Source: a virus (taxonomy: Duplodnaviria; Caudoviricetes). Taken from it: DNA of 64,000 nt. The position numbers were made by a program, and so were the translations under genes. The stretch lies in IMG/VR virus record IMGVR_UViG_3300001525_000584, positions 32,001-96,000 of that record. The stretch is one strand, 5' to 3'. This document shows, one piece after another, positions 53,532-62,580 of this stretch (the first letter of the stretch is position 1; each line of letters opens with the position of its first letter). The notes beneath the pieces were generated by a model. That model saw only the letters and a program-made list of their open reading frames with translations, was not told where the DNA came from and did not search any database.

Positions 53532-54481
53532 TTTATTTGAAGGTAACTTTTACACAAAAGGTAACGAATTTTTACCCCGTCGTAATTATAGGCGGAGGTC
53601 CTGCCGGACTAACTGCAGGGTTATATGCTGCCCGAGCAGGCTTAGATGTTTTACTATTAGAAAAAGAAAATCTCGGAGGAAACATCACTTTATCGCCTTC
53701 TGTAAAAAATATACCAGGCTTTGCTGATATATCCGGCACAGACTTTGGTATGAATCTTTATGAGCAGTGTGTAAATGCAGGAGTGGATGTTTCTATAGGA
53801 GAAGTTGTTAAAATAGAACATCATAATGACGGCAGAGGTGGTTTAGGCTGTACTGTATATACTGAAGATGATAAATATTATGCAAATACTGTCATTATAG
53901 CAACAGGAACAAAACATAGACATTTAAATGTCCCCGGTGAAGAAGAGTTAATAGGTGAAAAAATTCATTTTTGCGCAACTTGTGATGGACCCTTTTATGC
54001 AGGTAAAACAGTAGCTGTTATAGGTGGAGGAAACAGTGCCATAACAGAAGCTGTAGAGTTATCTAAACTTTGTGAAAAAGTTTTTATTTTACAAAATCTA
54101 CACGAATTAACTGCAGGCAAGGCAGAGAAAAAAGAATTAGAAAATCTGAAAAATGTTCAGGTTATCACAGACTTTGAAGTAAAAAGTTTCGAACAAATCC
54201 CAGAAAATAGGGTTTTAATTCAGGGATCTTTGCCTTTAGTAGTGGATGGCATCTTTTTAGCAGTAGGTATGGAGCCTAATTTAAAGAATTTTTCTAAAGA
54301 ACTCTTTATAGATACAAACGGTTTTGCTGTATATAGTTTTTATGATAACATTTTTATTGCGGGTGACTGTACTAATAATTCTCTAAAGCAGGTTGTTACC
54401 GCATGTGCTAGCGGGGCTGAGGCTGCAATGAAGGCCCGCAAATACTTAGAAGCAACCAAAATTTTTCCACTAGATCTATAA
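53528..54481 (+). CDS. trxB: Thioredoxin reductase
   Basis: GGGPAGLTAG FAD motif; CATCDG; GGGNSA; AGD. Confidence 0.9.
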   Translation: MIYLKVTFTQKVTNFYPVVIIGGGPAGLTAGLYAARAGLDVLLLEKENLGGNITLSPSVKNIPGFADISGTDFGMNLYEQCVNAGVDVSIGEVVKIEHHNDGRGGLGCTVYTEDDKYYANTVIIATGTKHRHLNVPGEEELIGEKIHFCATCDGPFYAGKTVAVIGGGNSAITEAVELSKLCEKVFILQNLHELTAGKAEKKELENLKNVQVITDFEVKSFEQIPENRVLIQGSLPLVVDGIFLAVGMEPNLKNFSKELFIDTNGFAVYSFYDNIFIAGDCTNNSLKQVVTACASGAEAAMKARKYLEATKIFPLDL

Positions 54482-54666
54482 AATAACATATAACATAGCA
54501 AATTCGCGTTATACTGCGATTAAATATATTCTGCATAGAGATATGCGGGTAAATTTTCATCGCGTTATAGCGCGTTTTTGTGCGCTTAAAATAAGTCACA
54601 TATTTACAAATATATCAGATATGAAAAATTTGCTAAATTAACCATCACAGAGGGAGGAGGTAGATC

Positions 54667-55281
54667 ATGCCTTTTTATTGTAAAAATTGTTACAAAGAAA
54701 AAGTAGACCCACAGGCAAAAGACGAAGACTTATCCTTCTTCGAAGAAGCAGGTAAATGTGACTGCTGTGGTGAAACTAAATTATTAGTAAAAGAAAAAGC
54801 AAAAGAATCTGCTAATATGAGTATAGCAGAATGTCAGGTAGAAACCCAAAAACATATAGAAGCCGTTAGAAAATATATTAGATTTATTATAGATAAAATA
54901 GAGTTACGTGGTGTAAAGCACGATGCATCAAAATTAGAATCACCTGAGGTTGAATTATTTGCAGAGATGACACCAAAGTTGGCCAGTACAACCTATGGCA
55001 GTGATGAATATAAAGAAGCTTTAGAAAAACTAAAGCCTGCATTAGAACATCATTATTCTGTTAATAGGCATCATCCGGAACATTTTGTTAATGGCATTAA
55101 TGACATGACTTTAATAGATATCGTGGAGATGTTTTGTGACTGGAAAGCCTCTACTCTAAGACATAACGACGGTAACTTATTAAAAAGTATTGAAGTTAAT
55201 GTAGAACGGTTTCATATAGATGAGCAACTAAAACAAATTTTATTAAACACTGCGCGAATGCTCGATGAACATGAAGAATGA
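54667..55281 (+). CDS. HD-like protein (DUF5662-like) with N-terminal Zn ribbon
   Basis: HDASK...HHY..NRHHPEH...EMFCDW; CKNC/CDCC. Confidence 0.7.
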   Translation: MPFYCKNCYKEKVDPQAKDEDLSFFEEAGKCDCCGETKLLVKEKAKESANMSIAECQVETQKHIEAVRKYIRFIIDKIELRGVKHDASKLESPEVELFAEMTPKLASTTYGSDEYKEALEKLKPALEHHYSVNRHHPEHFVNGINDMTLIDIVEMFCDWKASTLRHNDGNLLKSIEVNVERFHIDEQLKQILLNTARMLDEHEE

Positions 55282-55291
55282 ATAGCGCAGC

Positions 55292-55301
55292 GGGGGGGGG
55301 G
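55292..55301 (+). repeat. G10 homopolymer at the RBS position
   Basis: Ten G ending 5 nt before ATG 55307. Confidence 0.8.
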
Positions 55302-55306
55302 AGAAA

Positions 55307-56041
55307 ATGTTAATTTATGAACGCGGTAAGAAGTTAGCTGGGATTTTTAGTGGTAACGCTACAGACCCTGCAGACTTTATTATAGAGAAAAAGGATGATA
55401 AAGTTCTTTTCACCATAGGTGATAATGTTATCGAAGGTAACTGTGCCACAAAAATTAATAATGATGAAAATTTAAAAGATGCTTTATTAAATTCTGAGAG
55501 CGGCCGGGTAGCTCTGGTTAAAGATGTCAGCGTTGTAGAACAAATATCTGTGACTAGAGACTGTGAATTAGATTTAAATAATAGAACTTTAACTTTTGAA
55601 AAGAGTAAAAGCAACGCACCCATCACTTGCGATGAAGGCACTTTAACCGTTAAAGGCGGAACTTTAGATGCGACTAAAAAGTCCAGTGTTGTTCCTATTT
55701 GTGCCTGGGGTGGAAAATTAATTCTCGAAGATGTAGCAGTTTTGGCTAATTCAAATACTGAATCCTGCGTATTCTGTAACAGTGGTGAAGTGATCATTAA
55801 TAGTGGTAAATATATTAATAAATCTGCTGATGGGTATGCATATGGCGAAGGTGCACCTTTGGCATTAAATGTTAAGAATGGTAGCGGCGGAAAAATCACA
55901 TGTTATGGTGGTTTCTTCGTAGGCCGTGATCCCGCTTTAGGAGATGACGCAGACGGTGGCACGTTTGTCGCTGAAGGATATGTTTCTGTACCTACAACTA
56001 TAGACGGATATGAAGGTTTTGAAGTGAGAAAAGCTAAGTAA
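55307..56041 (+). CDS. Beta-helix adhesin-like protein
   Basis: 'LDLNNRTL...GTLTVKGG...INSG...GGFF...DP...FVAEGY' resembles Firmicute surface-protein repeats. Confidence 0.5.
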   Translation: MLIYERGKKLAGIFSGNATDPADFIIEKKDDKVLFTIGDNVIEGNCATKINNDENLKDALLNSESGRVALVKDVSVVEQISVTRDCELDLNNRTLTFEKSKSNAPITCDEGTLTVKGGTLDATKKSSVVPICAWGGKLILEDVAVLANSNTESCVFCNSGEVIINSGKYINKSADGYAYGEGAPLALNVKNGSGGKITCYGGFFVGRDPALGDDADGGTFVAEGYVSVPTTIDGYEGFEVRKAK

Positions 56042-56141
56042 ATCGTCTTATATATATTTAAAGAACCTCTGCTTTTAGAGGTTCTTTTCTTTTTCTTTAC
56101 AGTGTATATTATAGATGAAGTAACAAAAAGGTTGGAAACAT

Positions 56142-56927
56142 ATGAAGTATTTTATCGTCAGTGATGTTCACAGCTATTATAGAATATTAAGAGAAGCTTT
56201 GAAGGAAAAGGGTTTTGATGAAAATAATCCTGATCATACTTTGGTGGTATTAGGAGATCTTTTAGATCGCGGTCCTTCGCCTGTAGAGTGTTTGGATTTT
56301 GTTAATTCTCTGCCTCGTAAGATTTTGATTCGTGGTAACCATGAAGATCTTTTGGAAAACTGTTTGACCCGAGGTGAATGCAGAGAACATGACTATAGAA
56401 ATGGAACTGCTAATACTATTTTAGATTTGGCAGATGCTTATCACCAAAATTATGGATCTATTAATACTAATGCAGATATATTTAACTATGCAAAGAAAAA
56501 TAAATCCTGGTTGCAATATAAAAAATCTTTGGTCGATTATGCTGAAGTAGGAGATCATATTTTTGTACACGGATGGATCCCCTGTATCTCTTCTGATGAA
56601 AATATATATCACACTCGGGGAGTTTCTTTTACTTTTGACGAAAACTGGAGGCAGGGTAACTGGTATGCAGCGCGTTGGATGAATGGCATGGATGCGTGGC
56701 AGCAGGGCATTAAAATAGAAGGTAAAACCATTTACTGTGGGCACTGGCATACGTCCTGGGGTCATCATTATATAGATAAGGCATCTGAAGAATGGCCTAA
56801 TAAATATTCAACTAATCCTGAACATCGGGTTGCAGATTTTTCCCCTTTTATTCATGAAGGCATAGTGGCTATAGATGCATGTACAGCTGTTTCCCATACT
56901 ATTAACTGTTTTGTTTTGGAGGTATAG
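56142..56927 (+). CDS. Calcineurin-like metallophosphoesterase
   Basis: DVH, GDLLDRG, GNHE, HG and GHWH motifs. Confidence 0.9.
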   Translation: MKYFIVSDVHSYYRILREALKEKGFDENNPDHTLVVLGDLLDRGPSPVECLDFVNSLPRKILIRGNHEDLLENCLTRGECREHDYRNGTANTILDLADAYHQNYGSINTNADIFNYAKKNKSWLQYKKSLVDYAEVGDHIFVHGWIPCISSDENIYHTRGVSFTFDENWRQGNWYAARWMNGMDAWQQGIKIEGKTIYCGHWHTSWGHHYIDKASEEWPNKYSTNPEHRVADFSPFIHEGIVAIDACTAVSHTINCFVLEV

Positions 56928-56929
56928 AT

Positions 56930-57217
56930 ATGAGACCTGAAAATGATTTGTTCAAAAGTATTTTCTCGCGAGATGGAAAACCTTATGATATAGAAGAATG
57001 TAAAAAGTTGATTAAGAGTAACTCGCAGCTCATGGATGATATCAACCTAAGAAGTATTGTTGCAGCATTAATCACACATTTAACTGAAAAGCATATTTTA
57101 GATATGAGCGATTTGCAAACAGGTGTTGACATCGTAAAAGAAAATATGATTCAAAAATATGCCGAAAAGATGCAAAAAGAATTAAATAGTGCTATGGATG
57201 ATTATTTATCTGAATAA
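56930..57217 (+). CDS. Hypothetical protein
   Basis: GGAGG RBS; coupled to the previous ORF. Confidence 0.5.
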   Translation: MRPENDLFKSIFSRDGKPYDIEECKKLIKSNSQLMDDINLRSIVAALITHLTEKHILDMSDLQTGVDIVKENMIQKYAEKMQKELNSAMDDYLSE

Positions 57218-57284
57218 GGCCCCTAACCCTCTAAATCAGTGTATATTATAATAGATATACTGATGAAGGGGGTTATTTTTTATT

Positions 57285-57707
57285 ATGATCGATGGTCCGT
57301 CGAAGAAGGAAAAAGCATATTTTTCGGCCGCTAAGGCCGTATCTATTTTAAGTAACCATAAACAAAAATTAGGATGTATAGTTGTTGATGGTCATAAAAT
57401 CATCAGCAGTGGTCACAACAGTCAGACAAAATGTCATTCTGTTCAGGCAACTATAGATAAAAGATTTTTTCAAATGGATGATTGTAAAGGTCCTATTCAT
57501 GCAGAGTTGGATGCTTTACTGCCTTTGATGCGTAGAAAATATGATTTATCCGGTGCCACTGTATATGTATATAGACAAAATAAAGCTGGTTCGCCTGCTA
57601 TGGCTCGTCCATGTCCTCGATGCATGGAGATAATCAAAGCCTGCGGGATTAAGAAAATTAAATATACTACTACAGATGGTTATGCGATGGAAAAATTGGT
57701 ATATTAA
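57285..57707 (+). CDS. Zinc-dependent cytidine/dCMP deaminase-family protein
   Basis: HAE...PCPRC motif. Confidence 0.85.
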   Translation: MIDGPSKKEKAYFSAAKAVSILSNHKQKLGCIVVDGHKIISSGHNSQTKCHSVQATIDKRFFQMDDCKGPIHAELDALLPLMRRKYDLSGATVYVYRQNKAGSPAMARPCPRCMEIIKACGIKKIKYTTTDGYAMEKLVY

Positions 57708-57724
57708 GAAAAGAGATTTTATAT

Positions 57725-58225
57725 ATGATTAAAACGAGGCATAATGTTTTTGAAACTAATAGTTCGAGTACGCACTGCATCAGTTTTGTGGATAAGCCCG
57801 CGCCCGATTCTTATCCCGAGACTTTAAATTTTACTTTAGGTAGATTTGGCTGGGAGCCTCAGTTTGCAGATCATCTAAGTTATCTTTACACAGCTATTTT
57901 AGATTATTATAAGGACGATGATGTTGGGGTAGAGAAGATAGCACACCTAAAAAAAGTTATGGATAAAAACAACATTAAATATTCTTTTTATCCGGAGTTT
58001 ACTAATCATGCAACAGCAAGCAAATATGATTATTATATAGATCATGCAACAGAGTTGGGTGGCTTTTTGGAAGATATTTTTTCTAATGATGAAGATCTTT
58101 TGCGTTATTTGATTTATGGCGAGGTCGCTTGCTATAATGATAATGACGAATATGAAGACTATTCAGCACATACAGAAGCAGTATTAGAAGATCCGGAAAC
58201 AAAATGTTGGATTAAAGGAAACTAA
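57725..58225 (+). CDS. FETNSSxxH-motif protein 1
   Basis: N-terminus MIKTRHNVFETNSSSTH. Confidence 0.7.
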   Translation: MIKTRHNVFETNSSSTHCISFVDKPAPDSYPETLNFTLGRFGWEPQFADHLSYLYTAILDYYKDDDVGVEKIAHLKKVMDKNNIKYSFYPEFTNHATASKYDYYIDHATELGGFLEDIFSNDEDLLRYLIYGEVACYNDNDEYEDYSAHTEAVLEDPETKCWIKGN

Positions 58226-58227
58226 TT

Positions 58228-58770
58228 ATGAAAACTATTCGTAAAGGTGTTTTTGAAACAAATAGTTCGTCCAGCCATTCTTTTGTTATCAGAACAGATG
58301 ACTGTATAGAGAATGCAGATATATATTATACACATGCAGAGATGCTGGAGGAGCTGAGACTTAATAAGCAGGGCGACTATAAATCATATGGCGAATGGGA
58401 TTTTGGCCGAGCTCCTTTTAGGCCTCTTTTCACTTTTGAGGATAAATTCAGATATGCGTGGGCATCTTTTCAGTATGAATCAGAAAAGCAAACAGAATTA
58501 ATAGAAGTTGTTCGAGAATTAGTCCCTGAATTTAAAAGCTTTACGCCGCCCATGTACTGCGCTTTGGATGAGAATATGCTGGACTACTGGCTGGATTCTA
58601 ACGGAGTTACATTAAAAGAATTTTTAACAAATAAAAAGTATGTCATTATTCAGGATGGTGATGAATATAATATTTGGCGAGATATGGTCAGAGCTGGTTT
58701 GGTTGATACAAAGCATATAGAGAATAAAGAAGGATGGTATACAGGAGATGAGTTTTTATCAGAGAGCTAA
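58228..58770 (+). CDS. FETNSSxxH-motif protein 2
   Basis: N-terminus MKTIRKGVFETNSSSSH. Confidence 0.7.
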   Translation: MKTIRKGVFETNSSSSHSFVIRTDDCIENADIYYTHAEMLEELRLNKQGDYKSYGEWDFGRAPFRPLFTFEDKFRYAWASFQYESEKQTELIEVVRELVPEFKSFTPPMYCALDENMLDYWLDSNGVTLKEFLTNKKYVIIQDGDEYNIWRDMVRAGLVDTKHIENKEGWYTGDEFLSES

Positions 58771-59248
58771 TATCAACGAGCATCTTTTCATTATGAAAAA
58801 AGAAGAACCTCAGAATCCTGAGCAACTTTTTGAACAGCTTCGCTGGATGTATCATGAAGATACAAAAATTCTTGATTTAGACTGGTCGGATGATGATGCA
58901 CTATTTATTCATACAGATTTTCAACTTTTAAAAACTTTTAGAGAAAAACTATATTATGCTTATGCATCTCTATATGACGATCCGCAAATTGAAAAGCTAC
59001 TAAGGAAAATTTTACCTGTTGATATAAAAGAGATCGTTGTGCCTACGATGAGAAGCCACTCAGGAGATAATCTAAAGGGTTGGATGCGTCAGTATAATTT
59101 TTCTTTAGAAGAATTTTTGGCTAATGAAAAATATATAGTCATTTGTGATCAGTATAATGCTTTTAGAAACATAGTTGAATTAAAGCTAATAAACTGGGAT
59201 AATGTAGCTGAATCGTCCATGTTGTGCGATGAGGAGGATGAAGAATGA
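58748..59248 (+). CDS. Paralogue of the body of protein 2, lacking the N-terminal motif
   Basis: TF..K..YA.AS and L.EFL.N.KY..I.D shared with 58228. Confidence 0.6.
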   Translation: MSFYQRANINEHLFIMKKEEPQNPEQLFEQLRWMYHEDTKILDLDWSDDDALFIHTDFQLLKTFREKLYYAYASLYDDPQIEKLLRKILPVDIKEIVVPTMRSHSGDNLKGWMRQYNFSLEEFLANEKYIVICDQYNAFRNIVELKLINWDNVAESSMLCDEEDEE

Positions 59249-59658
59249 AAACCGTTAGATATAATGTTTTTGAAACAAATAGTTCTGCTTCACATAGTTT
59301 AATTATCTGCACAGATAATGAATTAGAAAAGTGGAAAAATGGCGACTGCTTTTATAATACAGATGCACAGAGATTTGAGTTTACTACAGATGAAGATCTT
59401 TTAACAGAAGAAAATATAAGAGATGCAGAAAACAGTTATAAGAGCAGACAAACTATTTTCATGAAAAGCTGGGATGAATTATCTGATTCAGTTAAAGCAG
59501 AATACATCAGAAGTTATCTATATGCATATAGTTCGGATGATATGCTAACCTATAAAGATTATCAAGAAGAATTAGAAGATGCACTTACGGTAAAAACAAC
59601 AACTTATGTCACAGAACATGGCGATAAAATTAATGTTCTGAGCTGGGTAAAGGATTAA
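59245..59658 (+). CDS. FETNSSxxH-motif protein 3
   Basis: N-terminus MKTVRYNVFETNSSASH. Confidence 0.7.
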   Translation: MKTVRYNVFETNSSASHSLIICTDNELEKWKNGDCFYNTDAQRFEFTTDEDLLTEENIRDAENSYKSRQTIFMKSWDELSDSVKAEYIRSYLYAYSSDDMLTYKDYQEELEDALTVKTTTYVTEHGDKINVLSWVKD

Positions 59659-59735
59659 TTAATTTTTTATAAAAGGCCTCTACAGGGGCCTTTTTATTGT
59701 ATAATTAGATAATTTTATTTTTAAGGAGATTTATT

Positions 59736-60140
59736 ATGCAACGAAGTTGTGAATCATGTATACACACAGATGTATGCAAATATAAAGCAGACTATGCAGA
59801 ACTACTAAAAGAAAAACAAACCATCACTAAAAAGAATAATGAAGATGTTTTTGAAGCGATCATCGACTGTAAATATTATAAAACAAATGAGGTTATTTAT
59901 AAATTAGGAGATGTAGATTATACTTCGCCGTATACAGCCCCATATATAAATAACTGGAAATTTAATGATCCGTGCAAGGACTGCTGGGTAAAAGATCATA
60001 ATAGAAATATAGATTTTGGAGATAATCCTTGCTACTACTGCTCGAAGAATCCTTATAGAGTTACATGCACGGATGATTCTATTACTACATCTACATCAAA
60101 ATCTACGGATACAGTTACTTCTACATATACTTTAAACTGA
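59736..60140 (+). CDS. Cys-rich hypothetical protein
   Basis: CxxCxHxxxC and further CxxC pairs; AAGGAG RBS. Confidence 0.55.
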   Translation: MQRSCESCIHTDVCKYKADYAELLKEKQTITKKNNEDVFEAIIDCKYYKTNEVIYKLGDVDYTSPYTAPYINNWKFNDPCKDCWVKDHNRNIDFGDNPCYYCSKNPYRVTCTDDSITTSTSKSTDTVTSTYTLN

Positions 60141-60143
60141 TAA

Positions 60144-60758
60144 ATGAACCCTTTTCACGAATTAAATAAAGTGGACAAATTAGAGAAGTTGATTGAAAAG
60201 TATTCTCTAAACACAGAAGATTTTATAGATATAGAAGATTTAATGGTCTTCGTAAATTATTTAGAAGAGCCTTCTGTGTTAATATCTGAGATGGCCAACT
60301 TCTATGGTAAAGAGATCAAAATAGAAAAGATACCCTTTTCTTTTTTCATATCTACTAAGAGCGCTGTACATGGAGCACACGGTATCAGAGCGAAAATAAA
60401 ATGGAACACAGATAAAATTACTGATGCTGATGGTTCTTTAGATTTACATGGCGATTATAATTATAGAATAGGTTCCCATAAATATAAACCTACAGCGAAG
60501 GAATTGCAATTAGCAAAAGAATTTTTCAAAAAGTATAAAGTTCTATTTGCAGCTGTGTGGGAAAATGTTTTGAATCCATGGTATTTACAAAAATATTTTG
60601 AAGGTACCATAACCTTTAAAAGGCTCTTAGCGCATATGCAGGTACATGAAGAAGATGATCCTGAGGATATAGACTATTATAATATTAATCACTGCAACAG
60701 CTTATCTGAATTAGAGGGCCTTATCAGAAGAGATCAACTGTATAATATGAATGACTAG
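60144..60758 (+). CDS. Hypothetical protein
   Basis: 204 aa, coupled between neighbouring ORFs. Confidence 0.55.
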   Translation: MNPFHELNKVDKLEKLIEKYSLNTEDFIDIEDLMVFVNYLEEPSVLISEMANFYGKEIKIEKIPFSFFISTKSAVHGAHGIRAKIKWNTDKITDADGSLDLHGDYNYRIGSHKYKPTAKELQLAKEFFKKYKVLFAAVWENVLNPWYLQKYFEGTITFKRLLAHMQVHEEDDPEDIDYYNINHCNSLSELEGLIRRDQLYNMND

Positions 60759-61716
60759 AGCAGAAAAGAGGGTAAAAAGGATGAAGCTTATCGGTAAATA
60801 TCAAAATGGAAACTACGAAGTTCGTATTTATGATGATGGAACTAAAGTCAGAGAAAATGATTTAGACTTTTTTGAAGCAGCTTTTCCTGAGAGCATGGAT
60901 TTAAAGATCACTAATAGATGTACTGATCCTTTAGGTCCCGGCTGTGGCAACTGTGAATTTTGCCATGAAAATAGTGGCCCCTGTGGTAAACATGGAGATA
61001 TTTTAAGTCCTTCTTTTATAGATGAGTTACATCCTTTTACAGAGATCGCTGTAGGTGGTGGCGATGTATTAGAGCATCCTGACCTGATCCCCTTTTTACA
61101 GAAGCTAAAGAATTTGAAAATGATTCCATCCATCACAGTGCATCAAAATCATTTTATGGCAAATTTGCCCCTGCTAAGAAAACTAAGAGATGAAAAGCTG
61201 GTTTATGGCATAGGTATCTCTTTATTCGATGCGGAGCAACTTGGCTTTATAGAAGCAGTACAGGAGTTTCCTAATGCTGTTATTCATGTTATTAATGGTG
61301 TAGTAACCTATAGAGAACTGAGGGCGCTTGCTAATAACGCTTTAAAACTACTTATTTTGGGCTATAAAGAGGTTAGAAGAGGTGCACAGCTATATGCACA
61401 TGAAGCAAAGAAAATCGATTATAACAAAGATTTACTATATTCTCTGCTGCCTGCTATTATTTATGAAAAGTGGTTTAAAGTAGTTTCTTTTGATAATCTT
61501 GCTATAAATCAGTTAAATCCGCAGCAGCTCATCACAGAAGAACAGTGGGCTGAGATGTATATGGGCGATGATGGCATCGGAGGAAAATTAACTTCGGCCA
61601 GCATGTTTGTGGATATGGTCGAAAGAAAATTTGCAAAGAACTCTTGCGATATGACCCGATATGATTTAATGAATACTATAGAAGATATGTATAAAAAACT
61701 AAAGGAGGAAAAGTGA
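60751..61716 (+). CDS. Radical SAM protein
   Basis: 'DLKITNRC...C..C..CHE', 'EIAVGGGDVLEHP', 'SITVHQ'; start may be ATG 60781. Confidence 0.85.
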   Translation: MTRAEKRVKRMKLIGKYQNGNYEVRIYDDGTKVRENDLDFFEAAFPESMDLKITNRCTDPLGPGCGNCEFCHENSGPCGKHGDILSPSFIDELHPFTEIAVGGGDVLEHPDLIPFLQKLKNLKMIPSITVHQNHFMANLPLLRKLRDEKLVYGIGISLFDAEQLGFIEAVQEFPNAVIHVINGVVTYRELRALANNALKLLILGYKEVRRGAQLYAHEAKKIDYNKDLLYSLLPAIIYEKWFKVVSFDNLAINQLNPQQLITEEQWAEMYMGDDGIGGKLTSASMFVDMVERKFAKNSCDMTRYDLMNTIEDMYKKLKEEK

Positions 61717-61949
61717 TGTTTGGCTGGAAAAAGAAGTATGAAGATACTGCAAGAGAACTTGAAGAGACAAAAGAAACTTTAAAAGAAGTGCAGAAAATGT
61801 ATTCAAATCTTTTGGAAAATTATATTCGCACAGATCACGCTTATCAAATCCTCTGCGACTCTATTAGTAAAGACAAAGAAAAAAGAAGTAAAGCTGCCAA
61901 AAAAGCGGCAGAGGCCCGTTGGCATAATTCAGAGGCAACACATGAATAA
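61713..61949 (+). CDS. Small coiled-coil protein
   Basis: AAGGAGG RBS; 'AAKKAAEARW' tail. Confidence 0.5.
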   Translation: MMFGWKKKYEDTARELEETKETLKEVQKMYSNLLENYIRTDHAYQILCDSISKDKEKRSKAAKKAAEARWHNSEATHE

Positions 61950-62505
61950 GCTATTTAAGCACCTAAAAACTATTCATACACATAGAAAATATGTAGGTGA
62001 AGCCTGCAGAAAAATGAAAATACCTTTTCAGGGTTTGATGCATGACTTATCTAAATATTCTGTTGCAGAACTAAAAATGTGCAAATACTGGACGGGTACC
62101 GGCAGCCCACATGAAGCCTGTAGAAAAGCTATAGGATATTCACCTTCGTGGATTCACCATTATCATAAGAATAAACATCATTTTCAGTACTTTTGGGATG
62201 AATCAGAAGATGGTACTATAATCCCTATTCAAATGCCCTATAAATATCTAATCGAAAGTTTTTGTGATATGGTTGGTGCAGGTAAAGCCTATTTAGGCGA
62301 TAAATGGACTTTACATTCGCCCTGGGATTATTATATGAAGATGTGTAAAGGTAAACGCATCATGAATGATAAATCCATTTTTCTATTAGAAAAGCTTTTG
62401 TGGACCCTGCATGAAGCTGAATCAGAAAAAGCTTTTTATGACTGGTATAGTCAGGCCCGGGATTATCTGAAAAGAAACTACGAAGCTGGAAACATGGACT
62501 ATTAA
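61942..62505 (+). CDS. HD-like protein (DUF5662-like), second copy
   Basis: HDLSKYS...WIHH...NKHH...ESFCD. Confidence 0.75.
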   Translation: MNKLFKHLKTIHTHRKYVGEACRKMKIPFQGLMHDLSKYSVAELKMCKYWTGTGSPHEACRKAIGYSPSWIHHYHKNKHHFQYFWDESEDGTIIPIQMPYKYLIESFCDMVGAGKAYLGDKWTLHSPWDYYMKMCKGKRIMNDKSIFLLEKLLWTLHEAESEKAFYDWYSQARDYLKRNYEAGNMDY

Positions 62506-62580
62506 ATAAAAAGAGGGTTATCTAAGGACTTTTAGGTAACCCTTTATTGTATTTTATAAACAAAAGGGGGCTGAGAAAAA

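Larger units (their letters stand above)
11037..62553 (+). promoter_or_regulatory. Recurring TGTATA + AT-rich putative early/middle promoter
   Basis: At 11037, 23548, 41005, 43162, 43714, 44891, 47606, 51372, 52481, 56103, 57240, 59698 and 62548 (TGTATT); typically just after a terminator and before an RBS. Confidence 0.6.
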
